Shown here: positions 52,990 to 64,000 of the stretch, in pieces | Layout of the letters: each line of letters starts with the position of its first letter | Numbering within the stretch: position 1 is the stretch's first letter | From: Mobula hypostoma | Lineage: Eukaryota | Direction of reading: 5' to 3' | NCBI RefSeq assembly: GCF_963921235.1 | Contig: NC_086118.1 | Coordinates: 23,562,001 to 23,626,000, forward strand | DNA: 64,000 nucleotides | Program-made: the position numbers and the translations under genes | Notes under the pieces: model-generated | The model's input: the letters and a program-made list of their open reading frames with translations, nothing else | Told to the model about the DNA's origin: nothing | The model's database searches: none

Positions 52990-54200
52990 ATAAAGGAAGC
53001 CGACACCCATGGGTGACTTTGCATACTCTGAGACTAAGCAGTCACTACCCGAAATACCTGGGCCATTATATATGTCAGACATTATCTTTGATTGAAATAC
53101 CTTTGAAAAAACACAATCTTCTAGTACTTCAAGGTATCGGGGAGGCTTTATAATGAAGATACTACTAGGGTCCAGAAGAATAAACATTCCCTGTTCGAGA
53201 GTGGATATATGCAGTATACAAATTGTCAAGTAAAAGAATGGGACCATTCTGGAGAATGGAAAAGTTGAAAAGGCATATATCAAGCTTCAAGAATGGTGTA
53301 GCATGCTGTAGGTTTCTGCAAACCAGCAGTGGTATTGACACTGCTTTATCAAGAACAGTTCAGTAAAAGATGGCCATGTTAATGGAAATGGAATTACAGA
53401 TGAATGTCACTACGTATGTTATTAAGATTGACTGTCCTCTGGAAATTGTCGTGCAAGTAGAAAAAATATGCAGTATAGACTTTACAGGCAATAGAGGAAG
53501 ATGTTCTTAGACATAGAATGATCTAGTATTATAACCTATGAGTGTATTTTGATTGACTGGACTGATTCAGCAGTAGCTGGTTGGAGAAAGGTGTTCTACC
53601 AAAGGAGGTGAAAGGTTCTCCTCTCCTCCGCTAGCCTGCAGGTCACCTGCTTAGCACCCCCCCCCCCCACCGATCAGGGTCACGTGAAGCCATGGGAGCA
53701 GATGGTGGATGGTCGTATGGGCAGCTTGTGCACATCACAAGTCCTGGTTATGTGACCACTGACGCCAGGCATGAATCTCTGATGAGTGTTCATAATGGTT
53801 GAAGTCACCCATCATAAAGCTACTGCCCAGAAGAAGGTAATGGCAAACCACTTCTCTAGAAAAATTTGTCAAGAACAATCTTGGTGATGGGATCAATATA
53901 GCCTACGTCACACAACACAGCACATAATGATGATAGACTGATTCCGACAAATTTAGATGACAAAGCTTTTCCATCACAAATGTTACAAGTTGTCCACAAG
54001 TCAAAGGTGTATCATGTGGACTAAGGGAGTAGTTATGACCAAGGAAATGAGAAGCAAACTGATCAAGGAACTTTAATGCATGGTTAAGAAGAAGACATAA
54101 ATTGTCGCTTTGTCTATTGGCCCAAAGTAGACAATGATCTAGAAAGGCTAGCCAGCAATTGTGCAGTTTGCCAAGAACTATAGTTCACAACCTCTGAATG
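52990..54200 (+). mobile_element. Highly decayed Gypsy pol remnant
   Basis: gtctattggcccaaagtagacaatgatctagaaagg..tgtgcagtttgccaa reads VYWPKVDNDLE..CAVCQ, an integrase zinc-finger remnant. Confidence 0.5.
53610..53935 (+). mobile_element. SINE-like element with RTE-type tail (copy 2)
   Basis: Colinear with 31275-31592; contains aaggtaatggcaaaccacttc and a taatgatgat end. Confidence 0.65.
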
Positions 54201-54425
54201 CACTAAAAGTTCAAAGTAAATGCATTATCAAAGTACTTATACAGTGCATCACCATTCATAACCCTGAAATTCATTTTCTTGTGGGCAGTCATGGTAAGTA
54301 GAAGAGACACAATAAAATCAATGAAAGACCATACCCAAGAAGATGGACAAACAATCAATGAGCAAAGCACAACAAACTGTGTAAGTACATGAAGAAAAAA
54401 AAAAGTAACAATAATAATAATAATA

Positions 54426-55020
54426 TTAAGCAGTTTAACTCTATTTGATTAGTTACACAGGCACAATCAAGTGGTGAACATCATTCATCAAAATCTTGCT
54501 TTAAAGTGCAAACTCATAAAAGAAATCATGTAATACAAATAAAAATAAAACTATAAATACAAGCCTGATGCAGTTTTAGAGTCAGAATACCACAAATTAT
54601 ATTATGACTGATCAGTTATTACAGATAAGACAATCCATAATAACTGTCTGGATATAATAGTACAGATATTTAATAGATATAGCCATTCCAAACACACATA
54701 ACTTAAAGAAATCAGTAAGTGAAAAAACACCAGAAATACCCTGAATTAAAAGAGGAAATTGAAAGACCTTGGATCATGAATGGGGTATATATTGTCCCAA
54801 TGGTAATACCTAAAGCTGGTGTCATCCCAAAATCATTACACAATAGCATTAAACAATTAGGCCTATGCAGCAACATATATGTAAATCTTCAGAAAGTTAC
54901 AATACTAAATACCACTAGAATAGTCCGGAAGTTCAGAGCAATTGACAAAGGAGTGAACTTGGCTATGCCCATACCTCAGGTTTTACCAGCTTCAGCTGGG
55001 TGAGAAAAAGTAAAATAATA
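54426..55020 (+). mobile_element. R4/Dong-clade non-LTR element, short 3' copy
   Basis: Direct repeat of ~56445-57015, with a restriction-like endonuclease remnant (ITDKTIHNN..IDIAIPNTHN; ORF 54719-55003). Confidence 0.7.
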
Positions 55021-55024
55021 ATCC

Positions 55025-57055
55025 AACAATATACTTACAGAAGAGCATAAAGGACACGATAAGGGCATGAAAGGATGTAAAGAACAATTGATAATAGACT
55101 CCATCATTCTAAATCAAGCCAGGTGAAAAAGCAGAAATCTTTCATGTTGCTATACTGTATTGACTACCAAAAGGCACTTGACTCTGTCCCACTCTCATGG
55201 TTAATAGAAGTTCTTAATATATATAAACTACACTGAACACGTGTAAAATTCCTTCAACATCTGATGTAGCACTGGCATACTATAATCACCCTATTGATTA
55301 ACAACCAAAAAAGAACAACCACCATTACCAAAATAAACTGAGGCATTTTCCAAGGCGACTCTTTAAGTCTAATATGCTTCTGTCTAGCTTTGAATCTGCT
55401 CCAATTGTAACTAAGTCAGACAAAAATTGGATATCAAATCGGAAACAAGGAAATGAGCTACACTTTAATCCACCTTCTGTACATGGATGACCTGAAATTA
55501 TATGCTCCTTCATCAGTAAAGCTGAAGCAATTAATTCAAATAGAATTATTTTCAAAAGATATAAACATGAACTTTGGACAGGATAAATGCACAACATTAA
55601 ACATAAAGAAAGGTGCAATAGAGCTAATAGAATACAAAACAGAGCAGCAGGATACAATACAACTGATGTATAAATATGAAATGTATAACCATCTGGGAAA
55701 TCAACAAGGAAAGAAAATAGATCAGAGTGTGATAAAGGAAAAACTTTTGACAGAATTTAATTCAAGGTTTAAGAAAATCTGTCAAACAGAACTCAGCAGT
55801 AAAACCATAACAACGACAATAAACACCTCCACTATACCTATATCAACACAGTACTTTGGCATAATATCTTGGTCTGAAACCAATCTGGAAAACTAACAAA
55901 GAAAAATAAGAGCTGAAGTGACTAATTTTTGAAAACATTATGTACACTTGAATGAACTTAGATTAAACTACCTAGGACAGAAGGGGGAAAAGGAATAACA
56001 GAAATTAAAAATCTACACACAATCAGATAAAAATTCTGAGGATATATTATCATTAACAAAAGCAAGATTCAGCACTGTGCATGAGCATATGCAATTCTGA
56101 TAAGAAGTATATACAACTAAACTTAAGTAAGAGCACAACAGAGAAAAATGCAGAGATTATCAATATTGAGGAAAAAGTTAACCTAAGTGCATGATTCTCC
56201 ATGGAAGATATCCCCACAATCTGAGCAGACTAGATGTCAACAAGGAAGCGTCAAATGCCTGGCTCAGAGTTGGAGAACTCTTCCCAGAAACAGAAGGGTT
56301 CCTTGTGGCAATACAGGACCAGATGGTTAACACAAAAAAATATTGAAAATACACTATAAGAGACCAACAAATGCAAGTTGATAAATGTAGAAAATGCCAA
56401 GGAAAACCAGAAACAATCCAACACATTACAGGATCCGGTAGCAGTTTAACACAATCTGATTTCTTCCACAATCAAGTGGCAAACGTCATTCACCCAAATC
56501 TTGCTTTAAAATACAAACTCATAAAAGAAATCACACCTTAATATCAATACAAGCCAGATCCAGTTTTAGAGTCGGAATACCACAAATTATATTATGATTA
56601 TGACCAGTTTGTTATTACAGATAGAACAATCATAATAACCATCTGGATATAATAATACAGAATAAACAAGCAAGACCAACTTACTTAATAGATATAGCCA
56701 TTCCAAACACACATAACATATAGAAATCAATAAATGACAACAACAGGAATATGCAGAATTAAAAGAGGAAATTGAAAATCTTTGGAACATGAACAGGGTA
56801 TACATTGTCCCAATAGTAATATCTACAACTGGTATATCCCAAAGATCCTACACAATAGCATTAAACAATTAGGGCTACATAGTAATCTCTTTGTAAATCT
56901 TCTGACAGCCACAATATTAAACACCACTAGAATAGTCCAAAAGTTCCTAGCAATTGAGAAATGAGGATGCTTGGCTATACCCACACCTCAGGTTTTACCA
57001 GGCTGAGCTGAGAAAAAAATGTCTTAATGATAATAATAATAATAATAATAATAAA
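55025..57055 (+). mobile_element. R4/Dong-clade (restriction-like endonuclease) non-LTR element, 5'-truncated
   Basis: RT motifs IDYQKA.DSVPHSW, GIFQGDSLS and HLLYMDDLKLYA; zinc knuckle KCRKC..ETIQHITG; RLE motif IDIAIP; (TAA)n tail at 57028-57052. Confidence 0.8.
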
Positions 57056-57528
57056 TAAGCAATAACTATATAAGCAAAAATTCAGTGATTTCATAGATTT
57101 TAAAATAATACAAATCATGTATAAAGTAAAAAATGGACCTCTACCACAAAGTATCCAAAGGTTGTTTAAAATGAGAGAAAGTCAACATGATTTGAGAGGA
57201 ACATGTATATTTCAAAAACAAAGGATAAGAACAAATGTAAAAAATCATTATATTTCAGTCAGAGGGGTGAATCTATGGAACAGTTGTAGTGTGAATTTAA
57301 AAACATGCACCATACTTAACAAGTTTAAAAAATTATTTAAAAATAATTTAATGAACAAATATAAATTACATGATTTAAAATTAATGGGAGTAATGTAAAT
57401 AAATGATACTTGGAATTGGATTTTGTGTTAAAAAATTATGAAATTTATTGTTTTGATGTGATGATTGACGCCAAATATGTTGTTGTATAAGTAAGAGGGG
57501 TAGGCGTAATAAGTTGTAGCTTCAGCCT

Positions 57529-57904
57529 CACACATCAAAGTTGCTGGCGAACTCAGCAGGCCAGGCAGCATCTCTAGGAAGAGGTTCAGTCGACGTTTCA
57601 GGCCGAGACCCTTCGTCAGGACTAGCCTCGGCCTGAAACGTCGACTGTACCTCTTCCTAGAGGTAGTCCTGATGAAGGGTCTCGGCCTGAAATGTTGACT
57701 GTACCTCTTCCTAGAGGTAGTCCTGATGAAGGGTCTTGGCCTGAAACGTCGACTGTACCTCTTCCTAGAGGTAGTCCTGATGAAGGGTCTCGGCCTGAAA
57801 CGTCGACTGTACCTCTTCCTAGAGATGCTGCCTGGCCTGCTGCGTTCGCCAGCAACTTTGATATGTGTTGCTTGAATTTCCAGCATCTGCAGAATTCCTG
57901 TTGT
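57529..57904. mobile_element. Fold-back Penelope pLTR derivative containing a 54-bp tandem array; 15-bp TSD
   Basis: TSD ttgtagcttcagcct at 57514-57528 and 57905-57919. The arm 57529-57624 is inverted relative to the right end. Units start at 57664, 57718 and 57772, with a partial unit from 57627. Confidence 0.9.
57664..57809 (+). ncRNA. Three tandem minimal hammerhead ribozyme motifs
   Basis: Each unit is tAGTC-CTGATGA-agggtctyggcct-GAAA-ygty-GACTg. Predicted cleavage after 57696 (GUU), 57750 (GUC) and 57804 (GUC). A fourth motif lies on the - strand at ~57587-57624. Confidence 0.72.
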
Positions 57905-60659
57905 TTGTAGCTTCAGCCTACACCCTTTCAGTCTGTTTTAAAGAATATCTGGTTTTTTGTTGTAATTTTGTCCTATAAAATTATCGTTTTTGTTATGTTT
58001 GTACCGACCGAAATAAATTTCATTCATTCATTCATTCACTTATAAATATTGGGAATTTGACATGAAGAGTCTGTGAAACTGAATCCATAGATTGTGGGAG
58101 CAGTTTAGTGATGGAGTGAATGAAGTTATCCCCTCCTCTTCAAGTGCCTGATGGTTGAGGGATAACAGCTGCTTCTGAACTTGATAGTGTGGATCCTGAG
58201 GCTCCTGAAGCTTTTTCCTGATGGCAGCAGTGAGAAGAGAACATGGTCAGGATTATCAGGGTCCTTGATGAGGGATGCTGCTTCCCTGTGACAGCGCTCC
58301 ATGTAGATCTGCTAAAGGGGGTGGGGGTGGGGGTGCTTTAAGTACGATATTCACTACCTTTTACAGGCTGTTCCATTCGAAGGTGTTGGTGTTCTTATAT
58401 CGTGCCATGAAGCAACCAGTCAATATACTCTCCACTACGCAACTAAGGAAGTCTGTCAAAGTTTCAGATGACATGCTGAATCTTTGCAAACTCCTAGCAA
58501 AATAGAGACACTGCTGTGCTTTCTTTGCAATGCCAGTTACATGCTGGACCCAGGACAGACCCTCTGAAATGATAACACGGAGGAATTTAAAGTTGCTGTC
58601 CCTCTCCATCTCTGGTTCCCCAGTGAGGACTGACTCAGGGACCTCTGGTTTCCTCCTTCTGAAGTCAATAATCATCTCCTTGGTCTTAATGACGTTGCTA
58701 GTGTTTGTTACTGCAGCATTGCTCAGTCAGATTTCTGATCTCCCTCCTACATGCTGATCCATCACAACCTTTGATTTGGCTAACAAAAGTGGTGTCATCA
58801 GCAAACTTAGATATAGCATTGGAGCTGTACTTAAACCACAGTCATAAGTACAAAGCAAGTAGAGCAGGGTCTAAGCTAAAGTTTCTGTGCTGATGGAGAT
58901 TGTGGAGGAGATGTTGTTGACTGGAGCCTGCAAGTAAGGAAATCAAGGATCCAATTGCATAAGCAGATATTGATGCCTCCCTCTTGAAGCTGTTTGGTTA
59001 GCCTGAAGGGGATAATAGTACTGAATGCCAAGCTGTAGTCAATAAAGAGCATCCTGACGTATGAATCTTCACCATCCAGATGTTAGTGAAAAGCCTATGA
59101 AATCAGTTTAATCCAGCAGAAAATTGCAAATTTGGTGCCAAAAACCAAAAGTCAGGCAAGACATTTGGTGAATGTATCAATTATGTTAAAAAACTGTCAT
59201 TGCAATCCAGTCTAGACCACTTTCATGACCACTTACTGAACCATATCAAGTGTGATTTAACAGATTACGGTGAATTTAAATCGTGTGCATCTGCACCTAA
59301 AAGATAACTTTGCACATTCAATGTAAAATTTTGAATATGCAAAGTTTAACAATTGAGTGTATTAGTAAATGAGCCTTATGAAGGGGTCGCCTTCATTAAA
59401 ACCTAAAGAATTTTACCAATGCCATGTATGGTTACAATGCAGCAGCAACAGTGGGAGTTTGGACATTAAACTTGAGACTGAGAGAATTTGATGTGAAAAG
59501 TGAGAAGAGGAATAATGCAGTCACTTGTGTACGAAGATCACCCAGTCCAAATATTTTAGATTAGAGCAGCAAAATGTTTTAACTATGTAAAGATATGGTG
59601 TAGCCCAGTGATTCTCAAGGGGGGCAGTTATGTGTCATTGAGTAAAACTACATCCTGGAGAGCGTAGCAGAATAAATATTGATAATAGAAAGCCACATTA
59701 AGGAAGCTTGTATCAGAATGAAATTGATGAATAGCCGAAAGTTCAGAGTTTAAAGTAGGTGGACTTTTTTCACAGTAATATGCATAAAATGTGACCATTT
59801 TATAATTAAAATGAAACTTTATGAACAGTGCACAAATATGATCATCAACATTGTGCTGACTGCTGGATTACCAAGCAGAGGAAAATTTATTTTCCAGTAG
59901 ATGTCTGCAAGAAAATGAATCTCAAGGTAGTTTATGGTACCATACTTTGATAATAAATTTACTTTGAACTTTGAAATGGAGAAATGTATAGAAAGCCAAA
60001 ACATTCTCATCTTAAAATCTCCTGGTCAGATGTAATGTGTGGCTTTTCTTAATGGACCAAACGTGAAATTACTATTTATAGTATCTTATTGCACATACCA
60101 ACTCTCTAAGTGAAAAATAGGGTTGAAGAATTAAATGTGGTTGGAAAAATATAATTAATGTGAGTATAAATTTAGAAAAGTAATAGGCAGATTTCAAAGA
60201 CTGTATAAAGAATCTTATTCATGCAGTAAAGAAATCTAACCAAATTAATGTATTAAACCAATTAACTACAGGGGTACACTGGTATTATATACAATGTTGT
60301 ATGAGGCAGAGACAGACTCAGACAGTATGTTGGTCACAACTTCATAGAGATGTGGGTAACATCCACTGCTACTAAAAACAGACAAAGCTCCATCTTTGTA
60401 GGAATTTTGTATTGCATTGTACTACGCAAAGTCACTAAATTGCGCCACAGATGTCGGTGATGTTAGACCTGATTCTGATTTTGACTTTGAGTTATCCCCT
60501 CTGGTTCAAGACCCTGATGGTGTAGGGGTAATAACTGTTCCTGAACCAGGCAGTGGGGGTCCTGAGTTTCCAGTACCTTCTTCCCGATGGCAGCAGTGAG
60601 AAGAGAGCATGGCCTGATGTTGATGGGCAGCTGTTTGAAATCTCTTAATACTTGAAGAG

Positions 60660-61420
60660 TTAACCAGGAAGATTAATTTTTTTGGGGTTTCAGGAGTTAT
60701 GGAATTATGGCTTTAATATAAAGGAGAACCAGTTTTCAGTTTTTAATATAAATTTTAAGCAGTTAAAGTTTGAAATTAAGGAGATAGCCTTATAAATGAA
60801 CCCTGCTGTCTACAGATCACAGGCTACTTAGAGATAGGGTTTGCAAACTAACAAGATGATGAGACACTTCGCAATGGATCAGCTAAATGTAAGACAATGG
60901 GATGTGTTTACTGGCCTGCATCAACCCAGGGAATAGACGTCAGCTATATTATTTTGCACCATCGTGACTGAGTTGAAGGTAGCTTTTACACAAAGAACTA
61001 CAATTGAATCAATTAAACCCATTAGGTTCATTTTAAGATCATGTGGTGTTCTCAAGGAACTTATAATAGATAATAATCCCAAATTTTGTTTAGTTCAATT
61101 TGAATGCTTCATAAAATAAAATCAGTGCAGCATTGATTCTTGTCTCCTTACCATCCAGTCCCAAATGGAAATGCTGACAAATCAGTCTTTAAAGAAGCAA
61201 GAAATAGAAGACGGATCAAGTAATTTCATGAAAAACTGACTCAAAGAAATCTTTTCTGCTGTTCAGATTGACTCATCGCTCCACTGCGGGATATACTGAT
61301 GCAAAGTACGTTTAGGGAGTGTCTTGAATCTGATTCAGTCAAATCCTTAAGGTGAGGTGACAGGAGGACCTGTCTGGTCTGGATTGAAGCAACACAGCAC
61401 ATGCCATAAAGGGAAAAGAT
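60660..61420 (+). mobile_element. Highly decayed Gypsy integrase remnant
   Basis: tgtgtttactggcct (CVYWP), gaacttataatagataataatcccaaattt (ELIIDNNPKF) and ccttaccatcca..aatggaaatgctgac (PYHP..NGNA). Confidence 0.5.
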
Positions 61421-61437
61421 TCAGGTTACATGGTATG

Positions 61438-64000
61438 TGTGGTAAATTCTACTTTGAAAAAGGCACACTCGATGACTTCATGCCAAAGAAACAACTTTAT
61501 CTTGAACGTCAAAGCCGATATGTATATACAGAGGCCTTCACAGCCCGTTTCATGGTGGGAACATTATATACAGAAACACACCGGATGTAAAAGAACGGAA
61601 GAAACCCCACCCCCCATTATCCTAATTAGTATTAACTTACATTACAATATTACAATACTTCTCCCCCTTTAAAATCCAACATTCCCCAAATGTAAAAACT
61701 AGGAAATAAAAGCAGTGGTGTTATTAACTTGTATACCCCTGAAAACTTATACTAGTATCTCAGCAACAGTTTATCAATACAAAACATCTGAAAACATGAC
61801 AGATTCAATATTCAATCTAACAACAACAAAAAAAAACTGTTCCGTCAAAGATTCAGTCTGTCAGGAGGTTTAGGAGTGTGCTGTGATCTGCTCACTACCC
61901 CTGGTGACCCCGCAGGCACCGCTGGTGATGGTGTTTTGGGTGGGTCTGGTGTTGGGGGCATGAGAGGGGTCTATTTGTCTGCATGAGAAAGTCCATCCTC
62001 TTCAGGGGACCCCAACCCCTCTGCCAGCATCTCGTCCTCTGGCAAAGTCACTGGTGGACATGTTTCCATAGTAGTCTGTCTCACAAATGGAAACTCCATG
62101 GAACTGTCTGCCTCTGAGCCGGTATCATGACGCAGGCGCACATGGTCCTGATGCCTGCGGAAAACACGCCCATCAGTCAGCTTAACAACATAGGAGACGG
62201 AACCACCCTGCTGAAGAATAACCCCAGGCAGCCATTGCTGATTGTTTCTCACATAGACATTGTCATCCGGCTTTAACTGTCTCTCTCGCGCATGTTGATT
62301 ATGTCCCTCCTTCTGCTTTTCCTGCTTTCTCTCCACTTTTGTCTTCATGTCCGGGCGCAGCAGGTCCAATCTTGATTTGGGCCTACGTCCCATCAGCATC
62401 TCTGCTGGAGTGCGGGCAGTCGTAGTCTGTGGCATGAGGCGGTATTTAAACTGGAAACGTGAAAGCCGAACTCTAAGAGAGTTCCCTGTCATCCGCTTCA
62501 GGCCGTCCTTCACTGTCTGTACAGCCCGCTCAGCCAAACCATTTGAGGCTGGGTGGAAAGGGGCTGTCTGAATGTGATGAATGCCATTCTGCTGCATGAA
62601 CTCACTGAACAGCTCACTGGTGAACATCGGGCCACTATCTGTGACCAGAGCATCAGGCAACCCGTGGACTGCAAACACTTGCCTGAGTTTGTCTATGGTT
62701 GAGGGGGCTGTGATGTTGCTCATAATGTAAGCTTCGATCCATTTAGATTGCGCATCTACCATTACAAGAAACATCTGCCCCATAAAAGGGCCAGCAAAGT
62801 CCAAATGTAGCCTAGACCAAGGGTGGTCTGGCCACTCCCATGGGTGCAAAGGAGCTGGTGGTGGCATATTGTGATTAGTCTGACTTTGCGTGCATGATTT
62901 TACCTTGTTCTCCAGATCCTGATCCATTCTTGGTCTCCAAACATAGGATCTTGCAAGGCTTTTCATTCGAGACACCCCGGGTGAGCCTCATGAATTTCCT
63001 CCACAATCTGGGAACGGCCAGGGGGAGGCACGATGACCCTCATCCCCCAGAAAATGCAGCCATCTTGCAGACTGAGTTCTGTCTTGCTTTTGGCATAAGG
63101 CCTCAGTTCCTCTCCTTCCATGACTCTGGACCAACCTTGTAAAAGAAGGGTCTTGACATGGGACAGGACTGGGTCCCTCTCTGTCCACTGCTTGATCTGG
63201 ATCACCTTTACAGGTGTCTCTGACAACCTCTGCAATGTAAACACAGTCTCTGGAGGCACATGTGTAGCAACAGGTGTCTCAGGTAATGGTAGCCGACTCA
63301 GTGCATCGACGTTTGCATCATCCCCACTCGCTCTGTACACTATAGTGTACTGGTAAGCTGACAATGTAAGAGGCCAACGCTGTATCCTGGCTGAGGCCAG
63401 CGGTGGGATGCATCTAGTCTCACTGAACAGGCTCATCAGTGGTTTATGGTCCGTATAAGTTGCAAATACGCATCCATAAAGGTACTGATGAAAGCATTTG
63501 ACCGCAAAAACATTGGCCGGACCTTCTTTGTCCAGCTGTGAATATCCCTTCACAGCAGCTGTCAGGGTATGTGAAGCAAAACCAATAGTCCTCTCTGAGT
63601 GGTCCTCCGTTACATGTGAGAGAACTGCCCTGACTCCATAGGGCGAGGCATCGCATGTCAGGGTGATCTCCTTGTCTGGGTCACAGTGAACAAACAGCTT
63701 CGCTGAGTGAGGAGTTCTTTCACTTCCTTGAAAGCTTTCTCCTGCTCTTCAACCCACTGCCACTTAGTGTCATTGTGAAGTAGCTTATACAGTGGGGTCA
63801 AAACCCTTGAGAGGTCAGGAAGAAACGTGCCATAATAATTCACCATGCCCAAAAATGATCTGAGTTCCGTGACGGTCTTAGGGCTTGGTGCCTCCTTAAT
63901 AGCTCCCACTTTGTCCTCCACAGGGCAAAGCCCTTCAGCTATGATTTTGTGTCCCAGGTAAGTCACACTCGATGTCAGGAACACACATTTTCCGCGCTTC
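61438..64000 (-). mobile_element. Relatively young Ty3/Gypsy LTR element (3' half; runs off the window)
   Basis: RT end (VTYLGH..ELRSFLGMVNYY), RNase H (TDHKPL..RIQRW) and integrase. PPT aaagggggagaag precedes a 3' LTR at ~61438-61654. Several frameshifts. Confidence 0.9.
61971..62975 (-). pseudogene. Gypsy integrase domain of frameshifted pol
   Basis: WSRLHLDFAGP..VTDSGPMF..HPASNGLAERAVQT retains the D,D35E triad; the upstream pol frames are broken. Confidence 0.85.

Larger units (their letters stand above)
57071..58038 (+). mobile_element. L2/Crack-like LINE 3' fragment with (CATT)n tail
   Basis: ORF 57117-57398 (HDLRG..ISVRGVNLWNS..LNKFKKLFK), then aataaa and (CATT)n at ~58020-58038. Interrupted by the hammerhead array. 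Confidence 0.65.
54207..59095 (-). mobile_element. Rex1/Babar-like LINE hosting nested insertions
   Basis: 3' tail at 54207-54425; the body resumes at ~58040. ORF 58361-58675 reads IIDFRRRKP..NFKFLRVIISEGLSW. Confidence 0.75.

Noticed and set aside
57627..57825. 54-bp repeats as a CRISPR array or a repeat protein (ORF 57428-57886, SRKRYSRRFRPRPFIRTT x n)
   Set aside because: There are no unique spacers and no cas genes, and the context is eukaryotic. The ORF is open only because the unit length is a multiple of 3, and it derives from a non-coding pLTR.

Overview
AT-rich, repeat-dominated eukaryotic DNA, probably intronic or intergenic. The repeat content suggests a cartilaginous fish, probably a ray or skate (inference from HE1/V-SINE-like elements, CR1, Rex1/Babar and a very abundant Penelope-like family). 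I recognise no intact host gene; there are only weak candidate exons (- strand 4522-4609 and 10277-10299; + strand 16543-16587). Most of the window is nested, mostly decayed mobile DNA: more than 12 Penelope-like (GIY-YIG) fragments; CR1, L1, L2-like, Rex1/Babar and R4/Dong LINE pieces; at least four Ty3/Gypsy insertions, including a two-LTR chromovirus; hAT and Chapaev-like DNA transposon relics; and three SINE families. The most notable signal is a minimal hammerhead-ribozyme motif (AGTC-CTGANGA-stem II-GAAACGTC-GACT) in the Penelope terminal repeats. At 57529-57904 this motif is amplified into a TSD-flanked head-to-tail array of 54-bp units inside a fold-back element. Other notable features are TSD-flanked palindromic mini-Penelope insertions whose inversion points fall inside the ribozyme, tandem R4/Dong insertions into (TAA)n, and an old multi-kb local duplication (about 46.7-51.9 kb vs 54.2-60.4 kb). 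Boundaries were placed by eye and are approximate unless a TSD or LTR end is quoted. Family names come from motif recognition, not database searches.
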